DNA from: Escherichia phage UP19 | Reading direction: 5' to 3' (one strand) | Length of the DNA: 64,000 nt | Sequence record: OX638288 | In this document: piece by piece, positions 25,494 to 35,125 of the stretch | How positions within the stretch are numbered: position 1 is the stretch's first letter | Layout of the letters: each line of letters opens with the position of its first letter | The notes under the pieces: model-generated | What the model was told of the DNA's origin: nothing | The model's database searches: none | Seen by the model: the letters and a program-made list of their open reading frames with translations, nothing else | Program-made: the position numbers and the translations under genes

Positions 25494-25787
25494 ATGGGTA
25501 AAACTATCCGTCGTAAAGAATTGCCATCTAGAGATTTTAATTGCATTGCTAGACGTAAAGCACCTGATGGCGTATCGGAAGAAACTTTGAATGAAAATAT
25601 CTTCCGGTCAGATAAATGGAAACGCTTTAGCGGCGTTGATTCTGAAGTTAAGAATGAAATGAACCGCCAACTTCGTAAAGAAGTGAGAAAACTGAAAAAA
25701 GATGTTTACAGCGACGATGAACCTGATTACAATACTTCTCATCGAGTTGCAAAACGTAAATCAAACGAATGCTATCGTTACAGCTGA
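25494..25787 (+). CDS. hypothetical basic protein (97 aa)
   Basis: ORF track. Confidence 0.5.
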   Translation: MGKTIRRKELPSRDFNCIARRKAPDGVSEETLNENIFRSDKWKRFSGVDSEVKNEMNRQLRKEVRKLKKDVYSDDEPDYNTSHRVAKRKSNECYRYS

Positions 25788-25794
25788 GGAAAAT

Positions 25795-25926
25795 ATGAAT
25801 ATCAAACGTATGCTTTTTAAACAAGGATTATACACTTTAAATGTTACTCCAAAAGGCGATACGACTAAGTGGTCAGTAAATGACTGGATTAAATTTATTG
25901 ATGAAAACGGCAACTGGAAAATTTAA
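25795..25926 (+). CDS. small protein (43 aa)
   Basis: ORF track 25702..25926 trimmed to ATG after GAGGAAA. Confidence 0.4.
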   Translation: MNIKRMLFKQGLYTLNVTPKGDTTKWSVNDWIKFIDENGNWKI

Positions 25927-26127
25927 ATGAATCCTGAATCTAAATTATCACAACGAATTGCTGAAGCCCGTCGTCAGTTCTTTGAAAATATGATAGCTCA
26001 AGGTATTGATGACGAAGTTTTTCTAAACTGGTTTTGGAATAACAAATATTCAAAATGCGCAGGAGCAATATTAATATCAGCCGCAATGATGTATGAAGGT
26101 TGGAAAGGTGCATTAGCACAAAAATAG
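25927..26127 (+). CDS. hypothetical protein (66 aa)
   Basis: ORF track. Confidence 0.5.
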   Translation: MNPESKLSQRIAEARRQFFENMIAQGIDDEVFLNWFWNNKYSKCAGAILISAAMMYEGWKGALAQK

Positions 26128-26156
26128 TTTACAAACTCTTGGGACCAGAGTATAAT
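26127..26156 (+). promoter_or_regulatory. T4-type early promoter (GTTTAC 26127-26132, TATAAT 26151-26156) with -10 inside GGACC/GGTCC hairpin
   Basis: 18-nt spacer; hairpin arms flank the -10 hexamer. Confidence 0.55.
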
Positions 26157-26196
26157 GGTCCTACGGATTATAAATTTTTAAACTGAGGAAATTATT

Positions 26197-26526
26197 ATGT
26201 CACAAGCTATTAAAAACGTACTGAACTCTTTCGCTTTCGATAAAGTTAATGAACTGATGAAAACTGGCTTTGTAACTCCTCAGGTTCTTGACCAATGGGT
26301 TGCTGAACTGTTACCAATCATGCACTCTAAAGACCAAAAAATTGGTAAGAACGGTATTCGTGAAATCCTGGTTCAATATATTCTCGACGAGTTTGATGTG
26401 GCCGCCTTTGGTGTCGAATCTAAAGCTTGGCAGCCAGGTGAAATCACAGACAAAACCATCCGTCGTATGAAGAATCAACGTAAGAAAAAATTCGTTGACC
26501 TGAAAATTGTTAAGGCAGCTAAATGA
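26197..26526 (+). CDS. hypothetical protein (109 aa)
   Basis: ORF track; leader and first codons shared with ORF 18377. Confidence 0.55.
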   Translation: MSQAIKNVLNSFAFDKVNELMKTGFVTPQVLDQWVAELLPIMHSKDQKIGKNGIREILVQYILDEFDVAAFGVESKAWQPGEITDKTIRRMKNQRKKKFVDLKIVKAAK

Positions 26527-26771
26527 GTAATTTGCCTGAAGATGTATCGGTTATAATAGTCCTTAAAGCTTTAGCCGGTTTCCAACGTACCCCTATGATG
26601 AATAATAGTGAAACCATTATAAAAGCGGCTAATATGCTAAGTGGAAGTCATCGCGATTTCAGGATATTTCCTATAAGCTCTAAGACCACTTATATGAAAA
26701 TGCCCGATCCTAAAATAGCTTGGGACGAAGGCATGACATTAAATGAATTTGAGGATTATTTAAATGATTAA
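26523..26771 (+). CDS. hypothetical protein (82 aa)
   Basis: ORF track. Confidence 0.5.
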   Translation: MSNLPEDVSVIIVLKALAGFQRTPMMNNSETIIKAANMLSGSHRDFRIFPISSKTTYMKMPDPKIAWDEGMTLNEFEDYLND

Positions 26772-27030
26772 AATAAAACTCTCTAATTACGATAAAAACT
26801 TGGAAATGATTGCTATGAAAGAAGAACTCCTGAATGATGTCCGCTTTACAGGTTATGCAGTCCAATTTAATGGTGATGGGGCTCTCCAGATTGAAGGTGA
26901 CCACTTTATTATCGAATATGAATTTAAACGGTACTGGCTATACGCTAAAGATGAAGTTGGCGGTATTGATTACGTCGATGAGTTTGATAATCTTGATGAT
27001 GCATTAGAAGGAGCTCGATTCCTACAATGA
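26764..27030 (+). CDS. hypothetical protein (88 aa)
   Basis: ORF track. Confidence 0.5.
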   Translation: MIKIKLSNYDKNLEMIAMKEELLNDVRFTGYAVQFNGDGALQIEGDHFIIEYEFKRYWLYAKDEVGGIDYVDEFDNLDDALEGARFLQ

Positions 27031-27290
27031 AACCCATATCCACCACCCTCGCTTATGAAGGTCTCGGATTTTTCTTAATAGATAACTGTATGGATGTTGA
27101 GTTTGTTTGTGGTGAGACTTCTTTAGTATGGAAGTCTCATATTTCCAAATACAACCATCGGGATTATCCGGAACTTTTTAAAGAATTTTGCGGATATATG
27201 TCCGAACATGGATGTACTGATACAATTTCTTATCCCGAGTTCATACAAATCCTTGAAACAGTATTTCAGGCTTATTGCTTACTCCGTTGA
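27027..27290 (+). CDS. hypothetical protein (87 aa)
   Basis: ORF track. Confidence 0.5.
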   Translation: MKPISTTLAYEGLGFFLIDNCMDVEFVCGETSLVWKSHISKYNHRDYPELFKEFCGYMSEHGCTDTISYPEFIQILETVFQAYCLLR

Positions 27291-27317
27291 TGCTTTAAAC
27301 GGGTCTCCAAATACTAT
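27291..27317 (+). promoter_or_regulatory. candidate MotA-dependent middle promoter (TGCTTTA box 27291-27297, -10 TACTAT)
   Basis: MotA-box-like heptamer about 13 nt upstream of a -10-like hexamer, upstream of gene 55. Confidence 0.35.
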
Positions 27318-27356
27318 GATATAATAGACCTATGATTTGAGTTATCTGAGGTAACA

Positions 27357-27914
27357 ATGACCGAAATTAAACTGACTAAAAATAACTATGTAAATAATAA
27401 GGAGCTTCTGAAAGCCATTACCCAGTGGAAAACAGAACTCCGAGAAAATACCGACCCTAATAAAATAGTTCGTCAGAACGACGTTATCGGCTTGGCTATT
27501 ATGCTCATTGCTGAAGGCCTTTCTAAGCGTTTCAACTTCTCCGGATATACCCAATCTTGGAAGCAAGAAATGATTGCTGATGGAATCGAAGCCTCTATTA
27601 AAGGTCTTCATAACTTCGACGAAACAAAATACGACAACCCACATGCATATATCACTATGGCTTGTTTTAATGCCTTTGTTCAGCGTATCAAGAAAGAACG
27701 TAAAGAAATGGCAAAGAAATACAGCTACTTCGTCCATAACGTTTATGACGCCAATGACGACGACATGGTAGGTATCGCAGATGAAACTTTTATCCAGGAT
27801 ATTTACGACAAAATGACTCAGTATGAAACCTCTTTAGTTAAAGCGCCAGGGTCTGATAAGAGCGCCGAATCTAAAGTTGGTGAGCTGGATTTTTTATATG
27901 GAACTCAAGATTAA
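27357..27914 (+). CDS. 55: late-transcription sigma factor gp55 (185 aa)
   Basis: YVNNKELL...[55 protein letters not shown] matches T4 gp55 as recalled. Confidence 0.92.
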   Translation: MTEIKLTKNNYVNNKELLKAITQWKTELRENTDPNKIVRQNDVIGLAIMLIAEGLSKRFNFSGYTQSWKQEMIADGIEASIKGLHNFDETKYDNPHAYITMACFNAFVQRIKKERKEMAKKYSYFVHNVYDANDDDMVGIADETFIQDIYDKMTQYETSLVKAPGSDKSAESKVGELDFLYGTQD

Positions 27915-28125
27915 CCTGGTAGGCCTTTTAGAAGAAGTAGATGGAGAGTATTCGGCAATTCCTTATGTTCTTAAAATGTACCTTAAGGATATTGCCAAGC
28001 TTCCTATTGTAATAGACCCAAAACACCCTGATTCAGTAGAAATTAAAGCTGAAAAAGGAACATTAACTTATAACTATCACGTTACCGACGAAGATTTTTA
28101 TATAAAACTGAATTACAAGGATTAA
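27898..28125 (+). CDS. hypothetical protein (75 aa)
   Basis: ORF track 27877..28125 trimmed to ATG. Confidence 0.5.
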   Translation: MELKINLVGLLEEVDGEYSAIPYVLKMYLKDIAKLPIVIDPKHPDSVEIKAEKGTLTYNYHVTDEDFYIKLNYKD

Positions 28126-28126
28126 T

Positions 28127-28438
28127 ATGCAAAGCACCGACATTTCTCAATTGACCGAAGAGCAAATTGAAGAAGCCCAGAAGCGTTTAGAAGAGAATAA
28201 TGCTAAAGAAGCCGCTTCTCAAGCTGCCAAAATTCTTAAAAAGAATGCCCGTGAAATTAAGCGTCTTAATACACATGCTCAGGGCGCTGTTCTCGAAAAC
28301 AATTTCGAAGCTTACAAATATGCTATAATTAAATTACGTGGTATTTACCGTCAACCGACTACTGACGAAATCGTTAGAGTTATGTGGGAAACTACGCGTA
28401 AACAGATTTGGGAAATTATCAATGGCGCTAGTAAATAA
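28127..28438 (+). CDS. hypothetical protein (103 aa)
   Basis: ORF track. Confidence 0.5.
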   Translation: MQSTDISQLTEEQIEEAQKRLEENNAKEAASQAAKILKKNAREIKRLNTHAQGAVLENNFEAYKYAIIKLRGIYRQPTTDEIVRVMWETTRKQIWEIINGASK

Positions 28439-28622
28439 ACCCTTTAAACGGCTTCTTATTGGAGCCGCCTTCAGACTTCGCTCATACGGTAATATTTGTA
28501 TTAAGCAGACTGAAACCGAATATAAAATGATTGGGCAGTATTCCGATGAAATTTTTCGGATTGAGCCTGTAGCCAAGGTTTGGGTGGATTCACATCAACT
28601 TAAGAAGTGGTGGCAACGATGA
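28425..28622 (+). CDS. hypothetical basic protein (65 aa)
   Basis: ORF track 28338..28622 trimmed to ATG. Confidence 0.4.
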   Translation, partial: ALVNKPFKRLLIGAAFRLRSYGNICIKQTETEYKMIGQYSDEIFRIEPVAKVWVDSHQLKKWWQR

Positions 28623-28710
28623 TAACATGGACAGGTGGCTAATGAAAGACGAACATCCGGATTTTTAAGCTATGAATGACGAATACGAAAAAGTTTAAGA
28701 GGTTTTATGA

Positions 28711-28884
28711 ATGACGAATTCGATGGATTTTGATAAGATTAAATCTGACAAAAATGAGATGATACTTAAATTTGAAGCTGCTCGTATTAAAGCGGAAAAT
28801 GAAGGTACTATTACCTATAAGCCTATCAAGTTCAGGTCTTCTCATGAACCTCTGTATGGCGTATTAATTGGTAAAGGAGCTTAG
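28711..28884 (+). CDS. small protein (57 aa), below ORF-track cutoff
   Basis: translated by eye; AAGAGG SD 8 nt upstream. Confidence 0.4.
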   Translation: MTNSMDFDKIKSDKNEMILKFEAARIKAENEGTITYKPIKFRSSHEPLYGVLIGKGA

Positions 28885-28895
28885 GCTCCTTTTTT
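28874..28895 (+). terminator. rho-independent terminator
   Basis: GGAGC-TTAG-GCTCC followed by TTTTTT. Confidence 0.6.
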
Positions 28896-28938
28896 GCTTT
28901 ATATTCGGATGATAAAATGAACCAACTGAGGAGAACAT

Positions 28939-29082
28939 ATGGAATTACTTTTAGGATATGTCGTGTTATTCATGGCATTCTACACATTCACACGAGCCTG
29001 TTGGATAGGATTCTTTTCTACTCCTGATGGGTTCATCTCAATAATTTTATTTTGCATTGCGATAACGGTGCTCGGCTTATGA
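28939..29082 (+). CDS. small membrane protein (47 aa)
   Basis: translated by eye; GAGGAGA SD; ATGA overlap with gene 47 start. Confidence 0.45.
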   Translation: MELLLGYVVLFMAFYTFTRACWIGFFSTPDGFISIILFCIAITVLGL

Positions 29083-30101
29083 AAATATTAAACACAGGTG
29101 ACTGGCACCTTGGAGTGAAGGCCGATGATGTGTGGGTACAAAATATCCAACGTCAAGGTATCCAAGACGCTATCAATTATTCTAAAGCAAATGGTATTAC
29201 CGTGTGGATTCAATACGGTGATATCTTTGACGTTCGTAAAGCAATTACCCATAAGTGTATGGAATTCGCTCGCGAAATCTCTGATTTGCTTAAAGCTAAT
29301 GGCATTACCATGTATACCATTGTTGGTAATCATGATATGCACTACAAAAATACCTTGACTCCTAACGCAGCTTCTGAAGTTCTGGGTAAATATGACCATA
29401 TCAAGGTTATTGAGAAACCTACTACGGTTAACTTTGATGGCACCGAAATTGATTTGATTCCATGGATGTGTGAAGAAAACACGACTGATATCATGGACCA
29501 TATCAAAAATACCACAGCAGATTTCTGTATTGGACATTGGGAATTAAATGGTTTCTATTTCTATAAAGGAATGAAATCTCATGGTTTAGAACCTGATTTC
29601 CTTAAAAAGTATAAGCAAGTTTGGTCAGGCCACTTCCACACTATTTCTGATGCAGCAAACGTCAAGTACATTGGTACTCCATGGACCCTTACTGCAGGCG
29701 ATGAGAACGACCCTCGTGGTTTCTGGATTTTCGATACCGAAACTCATAAAATGGATTTCATCATTAATGAAACCTGTTGGCATCGTAAGATTCATTATCC
29801 TAACGAGACTATCGATTACAAAGATTTTACAAATATCGCAGTTCGTGTTATAGTCGATAAAATCGATGACGGTCTTACTAAGTTCGAATCAGAGCTTGAA
29901 AAGGTTGTTCACTCTTTACGTATTGTGTCTAAGGTAGATAATAGTGTTGATATCGATGATTCTGAAGAGGAAGACGAAGTTAAATCCCTCTTGGATATGA
30001 TGTATGATTATATCGATGCCCTTCCTGATGGCCACACTGAAGCCGATGTTAAAGCCCTTAAGACTATGGCTGCACAACTTTATAATGAGGTTACACGATG
30101 A
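29079..30101 (+). CDS. 47: recombination nuclease subunit gp47 (SbcD/Mre11-like), 340 aa
   Basis: ORF track 29052..30101 trimmed; MKILNTGDWHLGVKADD... matches T4 gp47 as recalled. Confidence 0.93.
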   Translation: MKILNTGDWHLGVKADDVWVQNIQRQGIQDAINYSKANGITVWIQYGDIFDVRKAITHKCMEFAREISDLLKANGITMYTIVGNHDMHYKNTLTPNAASEVLGKYDHIKVIEKPTTVNFDGTEIDLIPWMCEENTTDIMDHIKNTTADFCIGHWELNGFYFYKGMKSHGLEPDFLKKYKQVWSGHFHTISDAANVKYIGTPWTLTAGDENDPRGFWIFDTETHKMDFIINETCWHRKIHYPNETIDYKDFTNIAVRVIVDKIDDGLTKFESELEKVVHSLRIVSKVDNSVDIDDSEEEDEVKSLLDMMYDYIDALPDGHTEADVKALKTMAAQLYNEVTR

Positions 30102-30361
30102 CTTTAGATGAATTCAAAAAATCGGGACTTGAACTGGAACACGACTGTATAGTTATTGATGATGATGGTCAACCTAGTACAATTAAGTTCTGGTTTGAAG
30201 CCGTGAGCACTCGTGATACCGGCGAGCTTATTAAAGTTTATGTTGCTACCGATTGGGCTGTAGAATTTAGCTTTAATGTAATGGTAGATGATACTCCAGA
30301 AACATTAATTCATATGGCTGAATCATGCATCAAGGATGCTTATAACGATGAAGACTTTTAA
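30098..30361 (+). CDS. hypothetical protein (87 aa)
   Basis: ORF track; ATGA overlap. Confidence 0.5.
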   Translation: MTLDEFKKSGLELEHDCIVIDDDGQPSTIKFWFEAVSTRDTGELIKVYVATDWAVEFSFNVMVDDTPETLIHMAESCIKDAYNDEDF

Positions 30362-32030
30362 GTTAAAGAAAGTAACGTATAAAAATATTATGTCGGTCGG
30401 GCAGCAGCCCATTACAATCCAACTTGATAAGGTCCAAAAGACCTTAGTCACTGGTAAAAATGGTGCAGGGAAATCAACATTCCTTGAAGCTGTAACATTT
30501 GCTCTGTTCGGTAAGCCTTTTCGTGATGTTAAGAAAGGGCAGTTGATTAACTCAAGTAACAAGAAAGACCTTTTGGTCGAACTGTGGATGGAATATGATG
30601 GCAAAGAATACTATATCAAACGCGGGCAAAAACCCAACGTTTTTGAAATCTCTTGTGACGGTGAACGTCTTGATGAATCTGCCAGCAGTAAAGACTTCCA
30701 AGCGGAATTTGAACAGCTTATCGGAATGTCCTATGCAAGCTTCAAACAAATTGTCGTACTCGGCACAGCTGGATATACCCCTTTTATGGGCCTATCCACT
30801 CCTGCAAGAAGAAAACTCGTCGAAGACCTCTTAGAGGTTTCTGTATTGGCGGATATGGATAAGTTAAACAAATCTTTGATTCGTGAGACCAATAGCCAAA
30901 TCCAAGTAATAGACGTTAAGCAAGATTCTATTACCCAACAAATTAAAATTTATAATGACAACGAAGAACGTCAACGTAAATTATCTGGCGAAAACGCTGC
31001 CCGTCTACAATTAATGTATGATGAGCTCGTTAAAGAAGCCAGGACTGCGAAGGCGAGCATAGAATCCCTGACTGATGAATTACTCAATGTTATCGTAGAT
31101 GATGACCCTAGCGATTCCATGAGTGACCTGAGTAATAAAGGATTTGCAATCAAAAATGATATGGCAACCTTTACAAAGGTGGTTAAGTTATACGAAACCG
31201 GTGGTCACTGCCCTACGTGTATGCAAGGGTTAGAAGAGAATGGTAATATCCTTACTAAAATTAAGGATAAAAACTTTGAGCTTCAAAAATCTTTGGATAA
31301 GATTAATGAGCAATACCAAGAGCTCAAGCTCATTAAAGACCAAGTAACCGAACAACGCAATAAAGCGTTGGCTATTAAATCTCAGATAGCTACTCATAAG
31401 CAGCAAGCCATTACTGCTGTAGAGAAAGCCAAAAAGGTTAAGGTATTAATTGACCAAGCGGCAGCTGAGTTCGTAAGTAATGCCGAAGAGATTGCTGCGC
31501 TTCAAGCAGAGCTTGATAAAATCGTCTCTACCAAATCGTCCTTGGTAATGGAAAAATATCATCGTGGAATTCTGACAGAAATGTTGAAGGATACAGGTAT
31601 TAAAGGTTCCATTATTAAGAAATACATTCCTATCTTTAATAAGCAGATTAATTCTTATTTGAAGATGTTAGAGGCGGATTATAGTTTTTCTCTTGACGAA
31701 GAGTTCAATGAGACGATTAAGTCGCGTGGACGCGAAGACTTTAGTTATGCTTCATTTAGTGAAGGTGAAAAGTCTAGAATAGATGTGGCTCTGTTATTTA
31801 CCTGGCGAGATATTGCTTCAAAGGTTTCAGGCATTAATATATCTACTCTTATTCTTGATGAGGTCTTTGATGGAAGTTTTGATGCAGAAGGTATTAAAGG
31901 TGTATCAAATATTATAAATTCTTTGGAAGATTCTAATGTCTTTATAATTTCACACAAAGACCATGACCCACAATCGTATGGACAACATTTACAAATGAAG
32001 AAGGTTGGCCGCTTTACAGTATTAGAATAA
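30348..32030 (+). CDS. 46: recombination nuclease ATPase subunit gp46 (SbcC/Rad50-like), 560 aa
   Basis: ORF track 30336..32030 trimmed; MKTFKLKKVTYKNIMSVGQ...GKNGAGKST matches T4 gp46 as recalled. Confidence 0.93.
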   Translation: MKTFKLKKVTYKNIMSVGQQPITIQLDKVQKTLVTGKNGAGKSTFLEAVTFALFGKPFRDVKKGQLINSSNKKDLLVELWMEYDGKEYYIKRGQKPNVFEISCDGERLDESASSKDFQAEFEQLIGMSYASFKQIVVLGTAGYTPFMGLSTPARRKLVEDLLEVSVLADMDKLNKSLIRETNSQIQVIDVKQDSITQQIKIYNDNEERQRKLSGENAARLQLMYDELVKEARTAKASIESLTDELLNVIVDDDPSDSMSDLSNKGFAIKNDMATFTKVVKLYETGGHCPTCMQGLEENGNILTKIKDKNFELQKSLDKINEQYQELKLIKDQVTEQRNKALAIKSQIATHKQQAITAVEKAKKVKVLIDQAAAEFVSNAEEIAALQAELDKIVSTKSSLVMEKYHRGILTEMLKDTGIKGSIIKKYIPIFNKQINSYLKMLEADYSFSLDEEFNETIKSRGREDFSYASFSEGEKSRIDVALLFTWRDIASKVSGINISTLILDEVFDGSFDAEGIKGVSNIINSLEDSNVFIISHKDHDPQSYGQHLQMKKVGRFTVLE

Positions 32031-32713
32031 TGAGACATCTTGTTTACAAAATAATAAATTTAGTTAATAATAAGTACTATGTAGGGATACATAGTACTGA
32101 AAATATTAAAGATTCGTATATGGGCTCTGGTTTATATATTAAAGCTTCTATTAAAAAATATGGTTTGGAAAATCATAGAAAGGAAATACTTTATAATTTT
32201 GATACCAGAGAAGAGGCTATCCAAATGGAAAGAATTATAGTCAATGAGGAATTTATAAAGAACCCTCTTACATATAATATTTCTTTAGGAGGTAATGCCG
32301 CACCTTTTATAAAAGAGGAAACCAGACTTAAACAGAGTATAGCTGCTAAAAATAGACCGTATTCATTTTATGAAAACCTTTTTAAAACTAGAAAGAAATC
32401 TAAATGCCTAGAGCTAAGAAATAAATCTAAAGAACATATAGAAAAAATTCGTCAGAGTAATATAAGAAATGGTACATATTTGCCTGAGAACAACCCTATG
32501 TTCGGAAAAACTCATAGCCAAGAAACAAGGGATAAAATTTCTATAGCCCTTAATTCTAGGTCTGACGAAGCAAAACAGGCTATGAAAAGCAAACAATCTG
32601 CAAAAGCTAAAAGCAGACCAACTGTAAAGTGCCCATATTGTGATAAAATTGGCTCTAACAACATTATGAAACGATGGCACTTTGATAATTGTAAATTAAA
32701 GGATGCTTCATAA
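32030..32713 (+). CDS. GIY-YIG homing endonuclease (Seg-like), 227 aa
   Basis: GIY-YIG motif 'VYKIINLVNNKYYVGIHST'; AT-rich codon usage; inserted between 46 and rpbA. Confidence 0.8.
   Translation: MRHLVYKIINLVNNKYYVGIHSTENIKDSYMGSGLYIKASIKKYGLENHRKEILYNFDTREEAIQMERIIVNEEFIKNPLTYNISLGGNAAPFIKEETRLKQSIAAKNRPYSFYENLFKTRKKSKCLELRNKSKEHIEKIRQSNIRNGTYLPENNPMFGKTHSQETRDKISIALNSRSDEAKQAMKSKQSAKAKSRPTVKCPYCDKIGSNNIMKRWHFDNCKLKDAS
32030..32713 (+). mobile_element. free-standing homing endonuclease gene
   Basis: GIY-YIG ORF between conserved genes; markedly more AT-rich than flanks. Confidence 0.55.
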
Positions 32714-32904
32714 TGAGTGATTTTATAACAGGCCAGCATTTGTTGGCCGTTCCAGAAATAAAGAGATATGTTTTAGTTAACAACTTCTCTGGAGACGAAC
32801 ATCTTGTTACTGAAGATTATCTCCAAAATGCTTTTAAGTCAGAATATGTTACAATCATGTCAAATAGAAATCCAGCATGGTTTGTCTATGAGTACTTTGA
32901 TTAA
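32713..32904 (+). CDS. hypothetical protein (63 aa)
   Basis: ORF track; TAATG overlap. Confidence 0.5.
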   Translation: MSDFITGQHLLAVPEIKRYVLVNNFSGDEHLVTEDYLQNAFKSEYVTIMSNRNPAWFVYEYFD

Positions 32905-32960
32905 ATTGCTTTAAAATATTGATTTATAATACATTTACCAACTAAATGAGAGAAAATATT

Positions 32961-33380
32961 ATGTTTGCTACTTCTAATGGCGTTACCGTTAAAGATATCC
33001 AAGTTAAAACCATCCGTACTGATTCCAACCCACATAATCAGAACCGTATCCGTAAATCATGGGTACTGAATATTGATACCGACTCTGCACGCCGACTGCA
33101 GTCTCTTCCACAAGAAACCAAGTTTATGCTGTACAGTATCATCGATAATGATGTATCTGATAAGTGGATTGAAATCATGCGTAAACACTTTAAAGATTCT
33201 TTGGCTGCAGGTGCTAAACTTGTTATCGACCGCGACGGTTCTGAACGTTTAGAAGACGATTATTGCGTCGACCCTGATGAGCAGTTGCTTGAAGCCGGTT
33301 CTATTATTGCTTCCAAGATTCCAGAGTATATTGAATCTCTGCCTGAATCAATCCGTAAACAAATGATCGTAATTGCTTAA
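32961..33380 (+). CDS. rpbA: RNA polymerase binding protein RpbA-like (139 aa)
   Basis: ORF track 32946..33380 trimmed; position upstream of gene 45 and similarity to T4 RpbA as recalled. Confidence 0.65.
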   Translation: MFATSNGVTVKDIQVKTIRTDSNPHNQNRIRKSWVLNIDTDSARRLQSLPQETKFMLYSIIDNDVSDKWIEIMRKHFKDSLAAGAKLVIDRDGSERLEDDYCVDPDEQLLEAGSIIASKIPEYIESLPESIRKQMIVIA

Positions 33381-33405
33381 TAATTTGACTTGATAAGGAA
33401 ACATT

Positions 33406-34104
33406 ATGAAATTCTCTAAAGAAACCCTGAACATTCTTAAAAACTTCTCTGGTATTAACCCAGGCATTATGCTTAAACCAGGTAACACCATTCTGACCCG
33501 ATCTGTTACCGGTGCAAGTTATGGTGAAGCTACTGTAAGTGATACCTTCGATATCGAAGCAGCAATCTATGATTTGAATGGCTTCTTAAGTATTCTGTCT
33601 TTGGTATCGGAAAGTGCTGAAGTTTCGGTAAGTGAAGACCAAACAACATTAATTATTAAAGACCAACGTTCAACAATTAAGTGGCCTATTGCCGACCCAA
33701 GCACAATCGCATTCCCAAGTAAAGCTATTCCGTTCCCTGTGGCCGAAGTTATTTTCGACCTGAAAGCCGAAGATTATCAACAGTTGATGCGTGTGTCCTC
33801 TGGTCTGAGTATTGATACATTTGCAATCACTGTAGACGATGGTAAAATTGTTATCAACGGTTATAAACAAGTCGACGATAAAGAATTAACTCGCCCATTG
33901 TATTCTCTGGTCGTGGCCGACCATGATGGTCCTGACTTTAAGTTCATCATTAACAAAACCAATATGAAAATGATGCCTGCTGATTATCATGTGTTGTTAT
34001 GGGCGCGCGGTGAAGGTCAGGATGCTCGATTTGCAGCTAAGTTTGAAGGTACACAAGCTTCTTATGTATTAGCTATGGAAGCAGGCTCAAGCCACTCGTT
34101 CTAA
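33406..34104 (+). CDS. 45: sliding clamp gp45 (232 aa)
   Basis: MKFSKETLNILKNF...AIYDLNGFLSILSL matches T4 gp45 as recalled. Confidence 0.93.
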   Translation: MKFSKETLNILKNFSGINPGIMLKPGNTILTRSVTGASYGEATVSDTFDIEAAIYDLNGFLSILSLVSESAEVSVSEDQTTLIIKDQRSTIKWPIADPSTIAFPSKAIPFPVAEVIFDLKAEDYQQLMRVSSGLSIDTFAITVDDGKIVINGYKQVDDKELTRPLYSLVVADHDGPDFKFIINKTNMKMMPADYHVLLWARGEGQDARFAAKFEGTQASYVLAMEAGSSHSF

Positions 34105-34110
34105 AGCATA

Positions 34111-34127
34111 GGGAGGAATTTCCTCCC
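34111..34127 (+). promoter_or_regulatory. GC-rich hairpin in 45-44 intercistronic region
   Basis: GGGAGG-AATTT-CCTCCC, followed by TATAAT-like hexamer. Confidence 0.35.
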
Positions 34128-34165
34128 TTGGAGTATAATGTAAAAACAAACCTGAGGAAATTAAT

Positions 34166-35125
34166 ATGCTTACAGTAAATAATAATGAATTCATGTGGGA
34201 ACAGAAATATCGTCCAGGTACTTTATCTGAATGTATTCTGCCTGCTCATGATAAAGAAACTCTCCAAGCCATTGTTAATAAGGGCCTAATCCCTAACATT
34301 ATCCTAGTCTCTGCTTCACCAGGCACAGGTAAAACTACCGTGGCTAAAGCATTGTGTGCTGATACAAATTCAGACATGTTGTTTGTTAACGGTTCCGACT
34401 GTCGTATTGATTTCGTTCGTAACGAACTTACTCGTTTTGCATCTTCTAAATCTATCGAAGGTAAACGTAAGGTAATTGTTATTGACGAATTCGACCGTGC
34501 TGGTGTTGCTGAAGCTCAACGCCACCTTCGTTCATTCTTAGAGGCCTATTCCTCAAACTGTTCTGTAATTATTACAGCAAACAATATTGATGGTATCATC
34601 GGTCCACTTCAATCCCGTTGTCGTGTAATTAAATTTGGTGAAGCCACTCCAGCTGACCAAACAGCCATGATGAAAGAAATGATTCATCGTGCCGTAGCAA
34701 TTTGTAAAAACGAAAATATCGAAGTCGAAGACCTTAAAGTTATTGCGGCTTTAGTTAAACAAAACTTCCCTGACTTCCGTAAAACAGTTAACCAACTGGA
34801 CCGTTATTCCTCAAGTGGTAAAATCGATACAGGCATTTTGAGTATTGTAATGAATACCAATTCGCCTATTGATGAAGTAGTGGCTGCACTGAAAGATAAA
34901 AACTTTAAAGAACTCCGTGCATTAGCTCCTCGCCATGTCAATGATTATGCCAACTTTATTATGGCATTGGCTAACGAACTCTATGGTAAATTGCCTGGAC
35001 CAAGCATTGTTAGAATGTATGAAATCGTCGGTGAAAATAACCAATACCACGGTATTGCTGCTAACCCAGAAATTCACCTGACTTATCTGTTTATCCAACT
35101 TGCTCTGGAGCTCCAATGGCTATAA
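34166..35125 (+). CDS. 44: clamp loader large subunit gp44 (319 aa)
   Basis: Walker A SPGTGKTT; matches T4 gp44 as recalled. Confidence 0.95.
   Translation: MLTVNNNEFMWEQKYRPGTLSECILPAHDKETLQAIVNKGLIPNIILVSASPGTGKTTVAKALCADTNSDMLFVNGSDCRIDFVRNELTRFASSKSIEGKRKVIVIDEFDRAGVAEAQRHLRSFLEAYSSNCSVIITANNIDGIIGPLQSRCRVIKFGEATPADQTAMMKEMIHRAVAICKNENIEVEDLKVIAALVKQNFPDFRKTVNQLDRYSSSGKIDTGILSIVMNTNSPIDEVVAALKDKNFKELRALAPRHVNDYANFIMALANELYGKLPGPSIVRMYEIVGENNQYHGIAANPEIHLTYLFIQLALELQWL

Noticed and set aside
27342-27737. 131-aa minus-strand ORF
   Set aside because: Antisense to gene 55; no SD; shadow ORF.
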